A DNA stretch of 56,352 nt, from positions 1-56,352 of IMG/VR virus record IMGVR_UViG_3300017911_001056; one strand, written 5' to 3'. The notes under the pieces were generated by a model. That model saw only the letters and a program-made list of their open reading frames with translations. It ran no database searches and was not told the origin of the DNA. The first letter of the stretch is position 1, and the number at the start of each line of letters is the position of its first letter. The DNA is from a virus (Duplodnaviria > Caudoviricetes). The position numbers were made by a program, and so were the translations under genes. Shown here piece by piece: positions 44,799-54,666 of the stretch.

Positions 44799-46403
44799 TT
44801 AGTAAGGTCTATCGTTCCTGAGTATCTCTAACATGTTTAAGTTTTTAACAATAAGGTTTTTATTCCTGCAGAGTGTGTCAAAATTATGCTGAAGTGTTGG
44901 AATCATTTCTTCAATCATACGACACCACTCATCGTCAGACAAGTTTGTTAGCCTTTCTATTTCTGCTACACACATTTCCATTCGCTTGTCATCATCGGGT
45001 TCGTTGTCATAACTTTCGTTTATCCATTTGTCAAATGTTTTATATCCGTACTGTTTGAGATAACTTAGTGTTTTATCCACGCCTAGCACCACAAAAGGAT
45101 GTTTGCATGCTAACGGTTTGAATATTTTTTCACTAAGGAATACACTGTCTGTGGGTGAGATATCAAGTAGGTCTTTGTACTTGTAATCAACTTTGTAAAA
45201 CAGTGTTTCATTGATCACACTAAAATATGTGTTCTCAAAATGAGCAAAGTCATCTTTTTTGATGTCTACAGGGTTCCATCTTTTCTCAGTTTTGTTTAAC
45301 TTATAATCATCTAAGTTTGGAAATATATGCTCAAAGAAATACTTAAACGTGGGCAGCCAATGCGAGTCTTGGTGGGGCAATGTTTGAAATTTTCTCCACC
45401 ATACATTACTTAAAAATCCATCTTCGTTGTGAAAACTAATTAGTGCCTGCCTGTGTAAATCTTTTTTGTGTAACTCTGTGAGCATTTTGAGACGGTGCAA
45501 TCTTGGCATGCGATTATAACAAAGAAATTTGTACGGACGAGGCTGTGTGCTGATCTCATAGTCTAATTCTTCATGATGCCATTGTAGTCCATTATCTAAC
45601 ATCATGTCCTTTGCAACACTTTCAAATCTTGCACACGGTATCATTTGTAATAAAGGCTCTTCGTTGTGTTGTTCACACCAGCGAGCATATATTTCTTCAG
45701 CATTAAGAGCAGATGTCATAAAAAAGAAACTGCCGGGTGGTACTATCTTCAGAAGACGTCTAGCAACACTGTGCACTTTGTAAACCCTGTGCCAAAAAAT
45801 TGCTTCGTCTTTGTCGTCAAACATGATGCGTTCGTAACCCAAGTACAAGCCTTGCTTGATATGCTCAACTAAATCCAATGTAGGCAATTTGTCTATAGCA
45901 TATTCTTGTATTGGTCCAGCAAACACTGGAAACATTATTTTTTCATCAGCGTAAGGCTTTAATTTTTTAAAACTGAGATCAATAGCGGTATACCATGAAC
46001 TCTTTCTGTCTGCAGGATCACACAAATCTAATATGGTTTTTTGTTTCATACCAAAATTAACAAATGTGCTATCATTCCATAACCATCGATCTTCTGTTGT
46101 TGCCCAGTGTCGACCTTCGTCAGTGTGATCTTTTTTGCCTACTACTAACACTGTTTTAGGATATTCATCTTCATGATGTCTAGTGCTGGTGTTTAACAGC
46201 AACACAACATCGTAATGAAAATCTATGTGTTGCTGATATTCGTCTTGATTACGTTTTACATACTGTATTTGTTGTTTGTCTAATTCGTTGCACACATCAA
46301 TCAACATTTGTGTGTATTCAGGTTTTTCCTTTGTGTGATTATGCACCACAACAATATGATCGCCAAATCTTTTTATTTCTGTGACTAGACTTTGTATGTT
46401 CAT
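44799..46403 (-). CDS. GT10-like glycosyltransferase, paralogue 2 (extra N-terminal domain)
   Basis: KFLCYNRMPRLHR, FSVINET...FLSEKIFKPLACKHPF...GYKTFDKWINESYD; likely start ATG 46403. Confidence 0.55.
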   Translation of the reverse strand: MNIQSLVTEIKRFGDHIVVVHNHTKEKPEYTQMLIDVCNELDKQQIQYVKRNQDEYQQHIDFHYDVVLLLNTSTRHHEDEYPKTVLVVGKKDHTDEGRHWATTEDRWLWNDSTFVNFGMKQKTILDLCDPADRKSSWYTAIDLSFKKLKPYADEKIMFPVFAGPIQEYAIDKLPTLDLVEHIKQGLYLGYERIMFDDKDEAIFWHRVYKVHSVARRLLKIVPPGSFFFMTSALNAEEIYARWCEQHNEEPLLQMIPCARFESVAKDMMLDNGLQWHHEELDYEISTQPRPYKFLCYNRMPRLHRLKMLTELHKKDLHRQALISFHNEDGFLSNVWWRKFQTLPHQDSHWLPTFKYFFEHIFPNLDDYKLNKTEKRWNPVDIKKDDFAHFENTYFSVINETLFYKVDYKYKDLLDISPTDSVFLSEKIFKPLACKHPFVVLGVDKTLSYLKQYGYKTFDKWINESYDNEPDDDKRMEMCVAEIERLTNLSDDEWCRMIEEMIPTLQHNFDTLCRNKNLIVKNLNMLEILRNDRPY

Positions 46404-47206
46404 AATGTTTCGTACCATTTGTGTATATACGGTAAGTCGTCTGTGCTAACAATACTTTGTGTGTGTTCGTCGCACTGCTTTGTCCATTCTTTAGTTGGTG
46501 TTGTTAATCTAAATCCAATGTTTATCAAATATTCAAAATAGGTTGATGTTTTGGGATGATAATCAACAAAGTCACTGCCGTCATCGTTTTTAAAAGTAAA
46601 TGTTTCCGACCAGTGTCCATTGCATCCGTTGCCTAACAGATCAGGTAAAATATCATTGTCTAAATCCTTGTACAGTAATTCTACGTCTTTCCAATTCTCT
46701 TCACATTCTGGGTGTTGACTTAATCCGTAATAGTTTTGCAACTTGGGTGACACTCCCCACATAGCAACAGAATCAAACTCTGCTGATTTAAACATCTGTG
46801 TTGTTATGTCTATTAGTGCAAAGTCATTGATTGCAAAGCCTCTGGTATCGTTGAGATAGTTAAGCAACACATCATGAGGAACCATATCCTGTGAGTAAAT
46901 ATTTCCAGGTGTACTCCAACGCATATCTCTGTATGAGTCGTGCCTGTAAAAAGTACTCCACATCACAGTAACTAGATCATCTTTTCCTATGTTAAAATAA
47001 CGTATTGCTTGACTGATGTGTGCAGCAATAAAGTTATTACCAGCACCAGGCATTGCCCTGTTATTATAATCTGCTTGTGGATTTTCATGTGCAATTATGT
47101 CAGCCCATGTTGGCCATCGATAGTTTGTAAAACTGCAACCAAATGCAAATATTCTGTTGTATTTTTTTACATCTAATGTTTGTATATTATCTTTATTGTA
47201 TATCAT
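46400..47206 (-). CDS. SGNH/GDSL-like hydrolase or acyltransferase
   Basis: FAFGCSFTNYRWPTWAD, GAGN, VMWSTFYRHD, DYHP. Confidence 0.6.
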   Translation of the reverse strand: MIYNKDNIQTLDVKKYNRIFAFGCSFTNYRWPTWADIIAHENPQADYNNRAMPGAGNNFIAAHISQAIRYFNIGKDDLVTVMWSTFYRHDSYRDMRWSTPGNIYSQDMVPHDVLLNYLNDTRGFAINDFALIDITTQMFKSAEFDSVAMWGVSPKLQNYYGLSQHPECEENWKDVELLYKDLDNDILPDLLGNGCNGHWSETFTFKNDDGSDFVDYHPKTSTYFEYLINIGFRLTTPTKEWTKQCDEHTQSIVSTDDLPYIHKWYETL

Positions 47207-48416
47207 TGTAGTGTGGGAATGAAAATTCCTTTTTGTTCATTAGTGTGTTATAATTGTGTTCTGTTATCTTTCTGCCATGCTTGAGGAAACTCTCAAGTGC
47301 CTCTCCTCTTAATTTGCACAGCCTATCTATTTCTTTTACAATGGCTATCATACGTTTACTGTTATCTTCTATACTGTCATAACTTTCATCGATTAACGGA
47401 GAGAAAGTTTTGTACCCAATTGATCTGAGATACTTTAGTGTGTTAGGAGTTGCAACTAAAATAAAAGGGTGCTTAAACATTATTGCTTTAAATACTTTTT
47501 CACTGAGAAAGCATGAGTCTTCCCAGTCGCGATGATTACTAAAGTAAATTGTTTCTGACACAACACTGAAATAAGTATCCTCATACATCTGTTTCAACTT
47601 AGGAGTCATTTCAGCATAAGCATAATTAACTGTCATGTCATCTTTGTCTAATGTTAAAGGTCCCATATTTTCAATGTCTTTTCTATGATGCATCAGTGTG
47701 TTTCGTAATCCATCATGTTCTCTGACAATTTCTAATATATGATCCATTTCTGTTTCCCAGCCTCGGTTATCATCTGAACGAGCTAAACTAACATAACCTT
47801 TGTGTAGAAGATTAGTTACTTTCAACAGTGCTACTAATAATGGCCGATGTGAACGCCAGCGTCTATTAAAGTTTATGTACTTTTTCTTGTACTTTTTAGT
47901 TTGCAGTGTCCTAGGCAAGCACTCCTCGCCTTGTTCAAACAGTATATCATCACGCATTCGAGACTGAGCAGCTAGTTCAAATTCCAACATGCTCTCAAGT
48001 TTAAATGGTTCTACTTTGTACTTTTCCACGTGAGCATCTAGTTTTTCTTGTATGTCAAGTGCACCAGAAAACAATATAACTTTGTGTGCTGGTATTCCGT
48101 ATCGAGTAATCACACAATCGTATATTTGTTTAATAATATTAGTAAAACCTTCGTGGAAATTTTCTAATATCAAATAGCAGTTGTCTTCATCAGTTTTTAT
48201 GCGAGACAAAATTTCAGGAGGAATAATTGTGACTAGATTAATACGCTCTATTGCTTTGATTGCTTTAAACTCAATGAGATAATAATCATCTGGTACATTT
48301 TCCCAATCCTTAAGACGCATGAACATTGAGTTAGTGCGTAACTCTTTTATTAGCTCGCTGTTATTAGGTCCTTGTGTGTCAAAGTACCAATAGTTGTTAT
48401 GATTCAGCAGTGGCAC
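47193..48416 (-). CDS. GT10-like glycosyltransferase, paralogue 1
   Basis: KYINFNRRWRSHR, FSVVSET...FLSEKVFKAIMFKHPF...GYKTFSPLIDESYD. Confidence 0.55.
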   Translation of the reverse strand: MPLLNHNNYWYFDTQGPNNSELIKELRTNSMFMRLKDWENVPDDYYLIEFKAIKAIERINLVTIIPPEILSRIKTDEDNCYLILENFHEGFTNIIKQIYDCVITRYGIPAHKVILFSGALDIQEKLDAHVEKYKVEPFKLESMLEFELAAQSRMRDDILFEQGEECLPRTLQTKKYKKKYINFNRRWRSHRPLLVALLKVTNLLHKGYVSLARSDDNRGWETEMDHILEIVREHDGLRNTLMHHRKDIENMGPLTLDKDDMTVNYAYAEMTPKLKQMYEDTYFSVVSETIYFSNHRDWEDSCFLSEKVFKAIMFKHPFILVATPNTLKYLRSIGYKTFSPLIDESYDSIEDNSKRMIAIVKEIDRLCKLRGEALESFLKHGRKITEHNYNTLMNKKEFSFPHYNDIQ

Positions 48417-49431
48417 TTGTATCAGATTCCTCAGTAGATATATCTTTGACAGGTATCTCTTCTAATTTTCTTTTTGGAATAATGATGTCTGTACCACAGT
48501 GACAATGAAACTTATCACATATCACTGTCCTAGGTTCTACATAGCGTACATCTTTCATAATGTGTCCAACAGGCCCGCTAACTCCGCAACTTGCTAAAGT
48601 GATTTGTCCTGTGGGAGAAATAAAGATACTGTCACCTATACGACACTCCCAACCTTCAAAGAAGTTTTGTCTGCGTACAATAACATCATTACTGTTGCAT
48701 GCTTCTTCAGAGCCGTCGTTGTACACTGACCAACTTACTGCTTTACTTTCTTTGTAAGGTTTAGGAATAGTGAACTCCATTTCACAACTGTGTGTTTCAA
48801 TGAACTTCTCTTTGTCTTCGTCTTCGTATTTCCATGGCCCTGCATTAACTGTCATTTCGTCGTACAGAGGAGTCCACTCAATAAAATAATTAGGCATTAC
48901 TTTTTTAAGTTCTTCGCCGTACTCTACAACTTCCCAAAACTTCTCATCATGTAACAATAATTTTGTACTTAGGTAATTAACTTTGTCACATAGAAATAAA
49001 TTCTTTTCTTTATAACTGTCTTTGTCTGCAAACTCTACATGGAAACTAGCAACAATGTCATCAAACAAGTGTACATGTTTCTGCCACCATGCAAGAGGTC
49101 TGCTTAAATTAGTGTTTACAGCAATAGTTGCTTCTGGTAATTTTTCTTTGAGGTATTCAACAATAGGAATAAAATGCTTCCATGCTGTAGGCTCGCCGCC
49201 ACTGAAGAAAAACTTGTAGTGTTTGTAATCTTCTGCTTGATACTTTTGAATAATTTGATCTAGGTTATCCAAGTATACTTGCAAGTCGCCTTCGTTGCGG
49301 AAATCTCCTAACCAGTTTCCTGGGTTACAATAACTGCAACTATAGTTACAGAAATTATTAACTTGCCAAGTAACACTAAGGTATTTCTCTTTTGCTTGTA
49401 CTTCGACAAGTTCTAATTCTTTTCTATCCAT
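48397..49431 (-). CDS. Radical SAM protein with C-terminal SPASM/Twitch-like cysteine cluster
   Basis: CNYSCSYC, FSGGEPT, NTNLSR; C-terminal WECRIG...ASC...ICDKFHCHC. Confidence 0.88.
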   Translation of the reverse strand: MDRKELELVEVQAKEKYLSVTWQVNNFCNYSCSYCNPGNWLGDFRNEGDLQVYLDNLDQIIQKYQAEDYKHYKFFFSGGEPTAWKHFIPIVEYLKEKLPEATIAVNTNLSRPLAWWQKHVHLFDDIVASFHVEFADKDSYKEKNLFLCDKVNYLSTKLLLHDEKFWEVVEYGEELKKVMPNYFIEWTPLYDEMTVNAGPWKYEDEDKEKFIETHSCEMEFTIPKPYKESKAVSWSVYNDGSEEACNSNDVIVRRQNFFEGWECRIGDSIFISPTGQITLASCGVSGPVGHIMKDVRYVEPRTVICDKFHCHCGTDIIIPKRKLEEIPVKDISTEESDTSATAES

Positions 49432-50756
49432 TCTCTTACCTCTTGTAGTTTAGGTGTGATTTCACCTAAGTCTTCGCCACGCATTTTATCCATAATGTCA
49501 TTTTCTTTAAAGAACTCGTTTAGCAACTCTCTGTTCTCTTCGCCATTACGCAGAGTCATCATAATCATTTTAAATGTGTCATTCATTTCTGTATCTTCAG
49601 GGCGTGGAAATTTTTCGTAATACAGTCTAAACTCACGCATAAGATCAAGTCTAAATTTCTCTGGTAATATAGAAATATTTGCCCAGTCTGGTGCTGTTAG
49701 CATATTCAATCTTGGAGGATTCTTAATATCAGTAAATCCATTCTCAAACATCCAGTCAAACATTTCGCTGTAGTGCCACACGTTCCACAAACTAATAGTA
49801 GGAGTAATACCTAACTTTATTTGCGGTGCACGTTCTCTGATAGCAAACATGTTTTTCTTAACACGTTCCCATCTGAATCCTTTACGAATCATGTCGCCTG
49901 CTTCACCAATAGCATCGATACTTGCCCACATTTCAATATGCGGAAAGTGTTTCCAGAGATCAAATAAATCACGCTCACCTTTGACTTTGTCTTGGTATGT
50001 GATTTTACTCATGTTAGATGTATAGTTCAATCTAACTTTGTCTGCCATACCATTTTCAATCCAATAATCTAAGCATTCGTAATGTTCAGGGTGTACTAAT
50101 ATTTCACCACCTGCAAAGTATACTTCTTGTACATCAGCAAGGAACGGCTTTAAACTTTTCATAAAGCCGCCGTCTTGGTTAATGCTCATTAGTGTGTCTC
50201 GGCCTTTTCTATTAATCCAAACACCTTCGTCGACTAGTTTAATTTTTTCTTCGCCCCACAGATTACTACAACCTGGTCCGCAACTGCGACACTTGAAGTT
50301 ACACAAATTACTGAAACGTATGTCCATGTACTTCATTTTAAAGTCATCAATACTGCCGTCTTCGTTTGTGTCTTTGAGCATTTGAATATTTTCTTCAACG
50401 TTCTCTATACTGCGGTCCTTGTTAGTTTGTTGTGTATTTTGACTGATACGCAAACTCCAAGTACCAACTTTTTCTAAATCATAGCAACGTTGACATGGTG
50501 CATACGGTTCATCTGCTAACATTAATTTTCTCATCTTTTTGTATTCGTCTGAGTTCATAATGTCCATGATATCCATGCCTGGTTCAAATTCTGCTACTGG
50601 AGTACTACTTTCTGCAATACAACAAGGCATCACACGATCATCAGGCCAACCATGAAAGTGAATCCACGGAAGGATACAAAAGTGTTTGCTGTCAGCAATG
50701 TTTTTAATTACATCACCTTCTTCTGTTATATTAACTGTTTTTATCTGTTCTGACAT
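49413..50756 (-). CDS. N-terminal Twitch-domain radical SAM protein
   Basis: FCILPW...PCC...CQRCY; RFSNLCNFKCRSC; YFAGGE; YTSN; SIDA. Confidence 0.9.
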   Translation of the reverse strand: MSEQIKTVNITEEGDVIKNIADSKHFCILPWIHFHGWPDDRVMPCCIAESSTPVAEFEPGMDIMDIMNSDEYKKMRKLMLADEPYAPCQRCYDLEKVGTWSLRISQNTQQTNKDRSIENVEENIQMLKDTNEDGSIDDFKMKYMDIRFSNLCNFKCRSCGPGCSNLWGEEKIKLVDEGVWINRKGRDTLMSINQDGGFMKSLKPFLADVQEVYFAGGEILVHPEHYECLDYWIENGMADKVRLNYTSNMSKITYQDKVKGERDLFDLWKHFPHIEMWASIDAIGEAGDMIRKGFRWERVKKNMFAIRERAPQIKLGITPTISLWNVWHYSEMFDWMFENGFTDIKNPPRLNMLTAPDWANISILPEKFRLDLMREFRLYYEKFPRPEDTEMNDTFKMIMMTLRNGEENRELLNEFFKENDIMDKMRGEDLGEITPKLQEVREWIEKN

Positions 50757-51994
50757 TACATATCCTGTAGTGGTTGTAGCTCAGGGAAAACTTTAAAGAA
50801 GTCTTCTCCACGCAGCTTATTTAATCTATACGTCATGTGAAAGAAGTCTTTTTTGACATCGTCCCATGTGTCATTTAAGCCAGCAAATTCAACACCACTC
50901 TTAATTAATTGATCTACTGCTCTATCACCTTGATAGCCTGACATAAGTTTTTGTGCTGCCTGCTGTTTCATATGTTTTGGCAGTGCCTGTGCACAATAAT
51001 ATTTTGGGTTGGCCGCCAAGTACAAACTGTTATAAAAATCTTTGTCGTAATCAAACAAGCCAACCCCACTCATGTATTCAAAGAACTCATGTAAAGTATA
51101 GTAATTCATAATACTTAACACAGTGTTCATTTGAAAACTTACATAATCTAAACTCCTGAATGTTTTAAGGTTTCTTTCTACTCTACCCCAATCAGTACCG
51201 TGTCTCATCATTTCTGCTCTTTGCCCAAAGTGATCAATACTGCAACTCAGTTCTACTTTGTCAAAGTGTTTCCATAAATCAAAGATGTCTTTGTCTTTGT
51301 AGGACACTGTACTGGCGTTTGTGTTATAACGCAATATTGTATCTGTTTTACCTAATCTTATTAACTCCTCTAGTATAACATAATGTTCAGGTGTAATCAA
51401 CGGTTCTCCACCTGCAAAGTAAGCAATGTCTATGTATTCTACTTGTTCGAGTATTTCCTTAAGAATTCCTCCTTCTTCGTTGTCAACGTGCATGATAATA
51501 GGGCCATCTGGATTCCATGTCTTTTTATCTTCTAGGGCCCACTGACTGCTAAACTCACTTCCACAACTGCGACACTTGAAATTACAAATATTACTAAAGC
51601 GTATATCAAAGTATCTCATTTTGAATTCATCAACATGCCCATCTTCTCGAGTCATTGCTAAACTCTCATCAAAGTGTTTGCCAAAGTGTTCTATGCTGTA
51701 CCTTCTAAAACTGTGCGGGCCTGCTTCTTCGTGTGCATAACAAAAGTTACATATTTCATGCTTTCTTTCGTTCAACATATCTAGTCTTAACTTTTTCATA
51801 TAATCACTGTTGAATGCTTCGTTCAGCGTCATATCTTTTGTGTTGCCCAGAGGTGCTGTGTAATCGTTACTACAGCAAGGAAATATATTACCTAGAGGTG
51901 TTGCATTCAAATGTGTCCACGGATACATGCAGAATGTTTTGCTCTCGTTCAACAAGTACTCCTTGTCAAAATCTTTTATGTGATCATTCTTCAT
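50756..51994 (-). CDS. N-terminal Twitch-domain radical SAM protein
   Basis: FCMYPW...PCC...CNFCY; RFSNICNFKCRSC; YFAGGEP; YNTN; SIDH. Confidence 0.9.
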   Translation of the reverse strand: MKNDHIKDFDKEYLLNESKTFCMYPWTHLNATPLGNIFPCCSNDYTAPLGNTKDMTLNEAFNSDYMKKLRLDMLNERKHEICNFCYAHEEAGPHSFRRYSIEHFGKHFDESLAMTREDGHVDEFKMRYFDIRFSNICNFKCRSCGSEFSSQWALEDKKTWNPDGPIIMHVDNEEGGILKEILEQVEYIDIAYFAGGEPLITPEHYVILEELIRLGKTDTILRYNTNASTVSYKDKDIFDLWKHFDKVELSCSIDHFGQRAEMMRHGTDWGRVERNLKTFRSLDYVSFQMNTVLSIMNYYTLHEFFEYMSGVGLFDYDKDFYNSLYLAANPKYYCAQALPKHMKQQAAQKLMSGYQGDRAVDQLIKSGVEFAGLNDTWDDVKKDFFHMTYRLNKLRGEDFFKVFPELQPLQDM

Positions 51995-53267
51995 GTATTA
52001 GTCTCGTTAGTTCAGGGAACACTTGTGAAAAATCTTCTTTCCTACGTCCATCAATTTTTCTCACTTCTGTTCTAAATTTTAGTTTTTGCTGTTCCCAATT
52101 ATCTTTTGTTTTTGCTAGTGTACCTAATTGCTGTAGTTGATTCATCAACAACTCTACTTGTGCAAACATGTTTGACTTTGGATCAATCTTTTTTAATCTT
52201 TCCATGTATTCAGTTTGTTGAGCAATAACTTCATCTTTTAGTTGTGCTGGTAATGTTTGAAAACTAAATTCTTCTGGACCATATATAGGATTGATCTGCC
52301 ATGCACCTCTGTTGTTCATTGTCCACGGTGCTATGTTGTTATCAATCAAATAGTCAAAAAAGTCTGTTAGTGTTGGCCAGTTAAACAGTGAAACACTTGT
52401 GGTAATACTTAACTGTGCAGCATCTGATTGATGTAACACTTTGTAGTTTTCAATCACTTCGTCCCATTTGGTTCCGTGTCTGATGTATTCTGCTTTCTCA
52501 CCAAAATGATCTAAACTTGCATATACTTGAACTTTGTGTTTAAACTGTTTCCACAACTGCATGAGATCTTTGTCTTTGTAATGCAGTTTACTGATGTTTG
52601 TGTTGTATGTGAGGAATATATCTGTTTTACCTTTGCGAATCATTTCTTCTAACAGTATGTAATGATCCTCTGTAATCAATGGCTCTCCGCCTGCAAAGTA
52701 TGCTTTCTTTAGATTAGGCAGTTGATCCTTTACTTCCTCAAACACCACTGATTGATTTATATCGTTAATAGGATCATTGTAGTGGTGTCCAAATTTAGCA
52801 TCTTCTATTTCCCATTGCGAACTGTATGCACTACCACATGTCCTGCATTTCATGTTGCACAAGTTACTAAAACGCATATCTAGATAACGCATCTTGAAGT
52901 CGTCTAAACTGCCATCTACATTTGTGTTAGCAATATTATCTTCAATAAATTCGTCGTACTCACGCAATGTTGTCTTTCTAAAACTTTCCATACTGATTTC
53001 TTGATGGTAACATGTTTTACAGGCATTAGGTTGCTTGCCTGCTAACATGTCAAGTCTCATTTTTTTCATTGCATCAGAATTCATCCAATCCATAATGCCA
53101 TCTTCTTTTGTGCTTCTAATATCGTCTACATTTTCCATATTAGCAATACAGCAAGGCATTATGTTTTGATCAGGTGTTACATGTATGTGCAACCACGGCA
53201 ATGCACACAAAGACTTTTCTTTGATATGCTCCATGTCTATTTGCTTTACATCAATTTTGTCTTTCAT
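51984..53267 (-). CDS. N-terminal Twitch-domain radical SAM protein
   Basis: LCALPW...PCC...CKTCY; RFSNLCNMKCRTC; YFAGGEP; YNTN; SLDH. Confidence 0.9.
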   Translation of the reverse strand: MKDKIDVKQIDMEHIKEKSLCALPWLHIHVTPDQNIMPCCIANMENVDDIRSTKEDGIMDWMNSDAMKKMRLDMLAGKQPNACKTCYHQEISMESFRKTTLREYDEFIEDNIANTNVDGSLDDFKMRYLDMRFSNLCNMKCRTCGSAYSSQWEIEDAKFGHHYNDPINDINQSVVFEEVKDQLPNLKKAYFAGGEPLITEDHYILLEEMIRKGKTDIFLTYNTNISKLHYKDKDLMQLWKQFKHKVQVYASLDHFGEKAEYIRHGTKWDEVIENYKVLHQSDAAQLSITTSVSLFNWPTLTDFFDYLIDNNIAPWTMNNRGAWQINPIYGPEEFSFQTLPAQLKDEVIAQQTEYMERLKKIDPKSNMFAQVELLMNQLQQLGTLAKTKDNWEQQKLKFRTEVRKIDGRRKEDFSQVFPELTRLIHEE

Positions 53268-54657
53268 ATTCTTCCTTGCACAGGTTCCAGAAGTTTTCCA
53301 TCTCTGGGAAAGTATCTAAAAACGACACATCTCTTCTTTTATCGTATTCAGAAAACCATCCATAAAAGTCAGCACGGCCTTCTTTGATACGTTCTTCTGG
53401 GTATTGCTCGTTAGCAAAGTAGTCACGTACTCTGCGGAATCTTTCATATTCTAATTCACTGAACATTGTTCTATCATCTTCAACAACGTTCTCTCTGATA
53501 AAGTCTAGTATCTTATCAAAATAAGGTAAAAATTCTTCTTTAGGTAATATATGCATGTCGTACTGAATAGGTTCCTTGAGGTATGGCGTATCAAATCTAA
53601 TCTTGCGAACATTTTCATCTGTGCCTAAATTATTAGGTATAACATCTTCGTAAGTTTTTCTCCACTCCAGTATCTTCTCTAAGAAGTCTATGAAACTTGT
53701 TACACTTAGTATATTAAATGTTACCATGTGCGTGATATGACTCTTTACTCCACGTAAATAAATGTCTTGATTCTTTTCCCAAGTTTCAACATCTAATCCT
53801 GTGCGTAAATACTCTGCACGTTTGCCCCATGTATCCATAGAACTAAACATCTTAAATGCTTTAATAGAATTATTTTCACGCATCTTGTTCACAGTATCAA
53901 CAAGTTTTTCCATACGTCTCGGAGTATATCCCATGTTAGTATTGATGTTTATCTCAATGCTGGGTCTAGGATTTTCAATTAGATATTCAAACATGCCCCA
54001 TGTTGTTTTGTGCAACAAAGGTTCGCCTCCAGTGATACGCAAAATGTTCAATGTCTTACTTACTTCAGGCCACCACTTCCACCATGCTTCAATATAAGGG
54101 TTACCTTCCTCGCCATACACATCAAACCAATCAATATCGTTTCTGTGATTCTTAACGGTTTCGTAAGGGCCATGCTTTTGAATTTCTTTGTGATACAAAC
54201 TACTGTGCATAGGGTGACAGTAACCACATTTGAAATTGCACTCATTACTGAATGCAATCTCAATGTACTCCGGGTTAACTTTAAAGTCTGGCGGATTGTT
54301 TAAAATTTCTTCTAAACGTTCCGGTTTGAAAATACTAGCATTTCGCTGATGCCTATCACTTACATGATCGTCCCCCATGTTTTCAACATTCCAACAATAT
54401 TGGCAGCCTTCGCATTGTTCGCCGTTGAACATTTGAATACGCTCGTCAATTTTTGTTGGAGTATTGTGCAACACGCTTGGATCCCACTTTAGTTCCTGCA
54501 CAGGAATGTCATGCGGCTTAGGCTGATAACAACTGTGTGTTTGCCCTCTGTGTAAGTAGATCGTTGTATGATGCCATTTAGCCAAACAGAATGTAGGGCT
54601 AACTTGGTCAGTCATCATTGCATCAACTATTTTAATGCGTTCTAATCGTTCACTCAT
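53251..54657 (-). CDS. N-terminal Twitch-domain radical SAM protein
   Basis: FCLAKW...HSCY...CEGCQYCW; FSNECNFKCGYC; ITGGEP; INTN; SMD. Confidence 0.9.
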   Translation of the reverse strand: MSERLERIKIVDAMMTDQVSPTFCLAKWHHTTIYLHRGQTHSCYQPKPHDIPVQELKWDPSVLHNTPTKIDERIQMFNGEQCEGCQYCWNVENMGDDHVSDRHQRNASIFKPERLEEILNNPPDFKVNPEYIEIAFSNECNFKCGYCHPMHSSLYHKEIQKHGPYETVKNHRNDIDWFDVYGEEGNPYIEAWWKWWPEVSKTLNILRITGGEPLLHKTTWGMFEYLIENPRPSIEININTNMGYTPRRMEKLVDTVNKMRENNSIKAFKMFSSMDTWGKRAEYLRTGLDVETWEKNQDIYLRGVKSHITHMVTFNILSVTSFIDFLEKILEWRKTYEDVIPNNLGTDENVRKIRFDTPYLKEPIQYDMHILPKEEFLPYFDKILDFIRENVVEDDRTMFSELEYERFRRVRDYFANEQYPEERIKEGRADFYGWFSEYDKRRDVSFLDTFPEMENFWNLCKEEYERQN

Positions 54658-54666
54658 AAATTAACC

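Noticed and set aside
35460-54657. RiPP cluster (SPASM rSAMs with the 60-aa ORF as precursor)
   Set aside because: No RRE/PqqD domain, peptidase or exporter was seen; the small ORF lacks Cys and Trp core residues and lies ~13 kb from the tandem rSAMs; the neighbours are sugar enzymes
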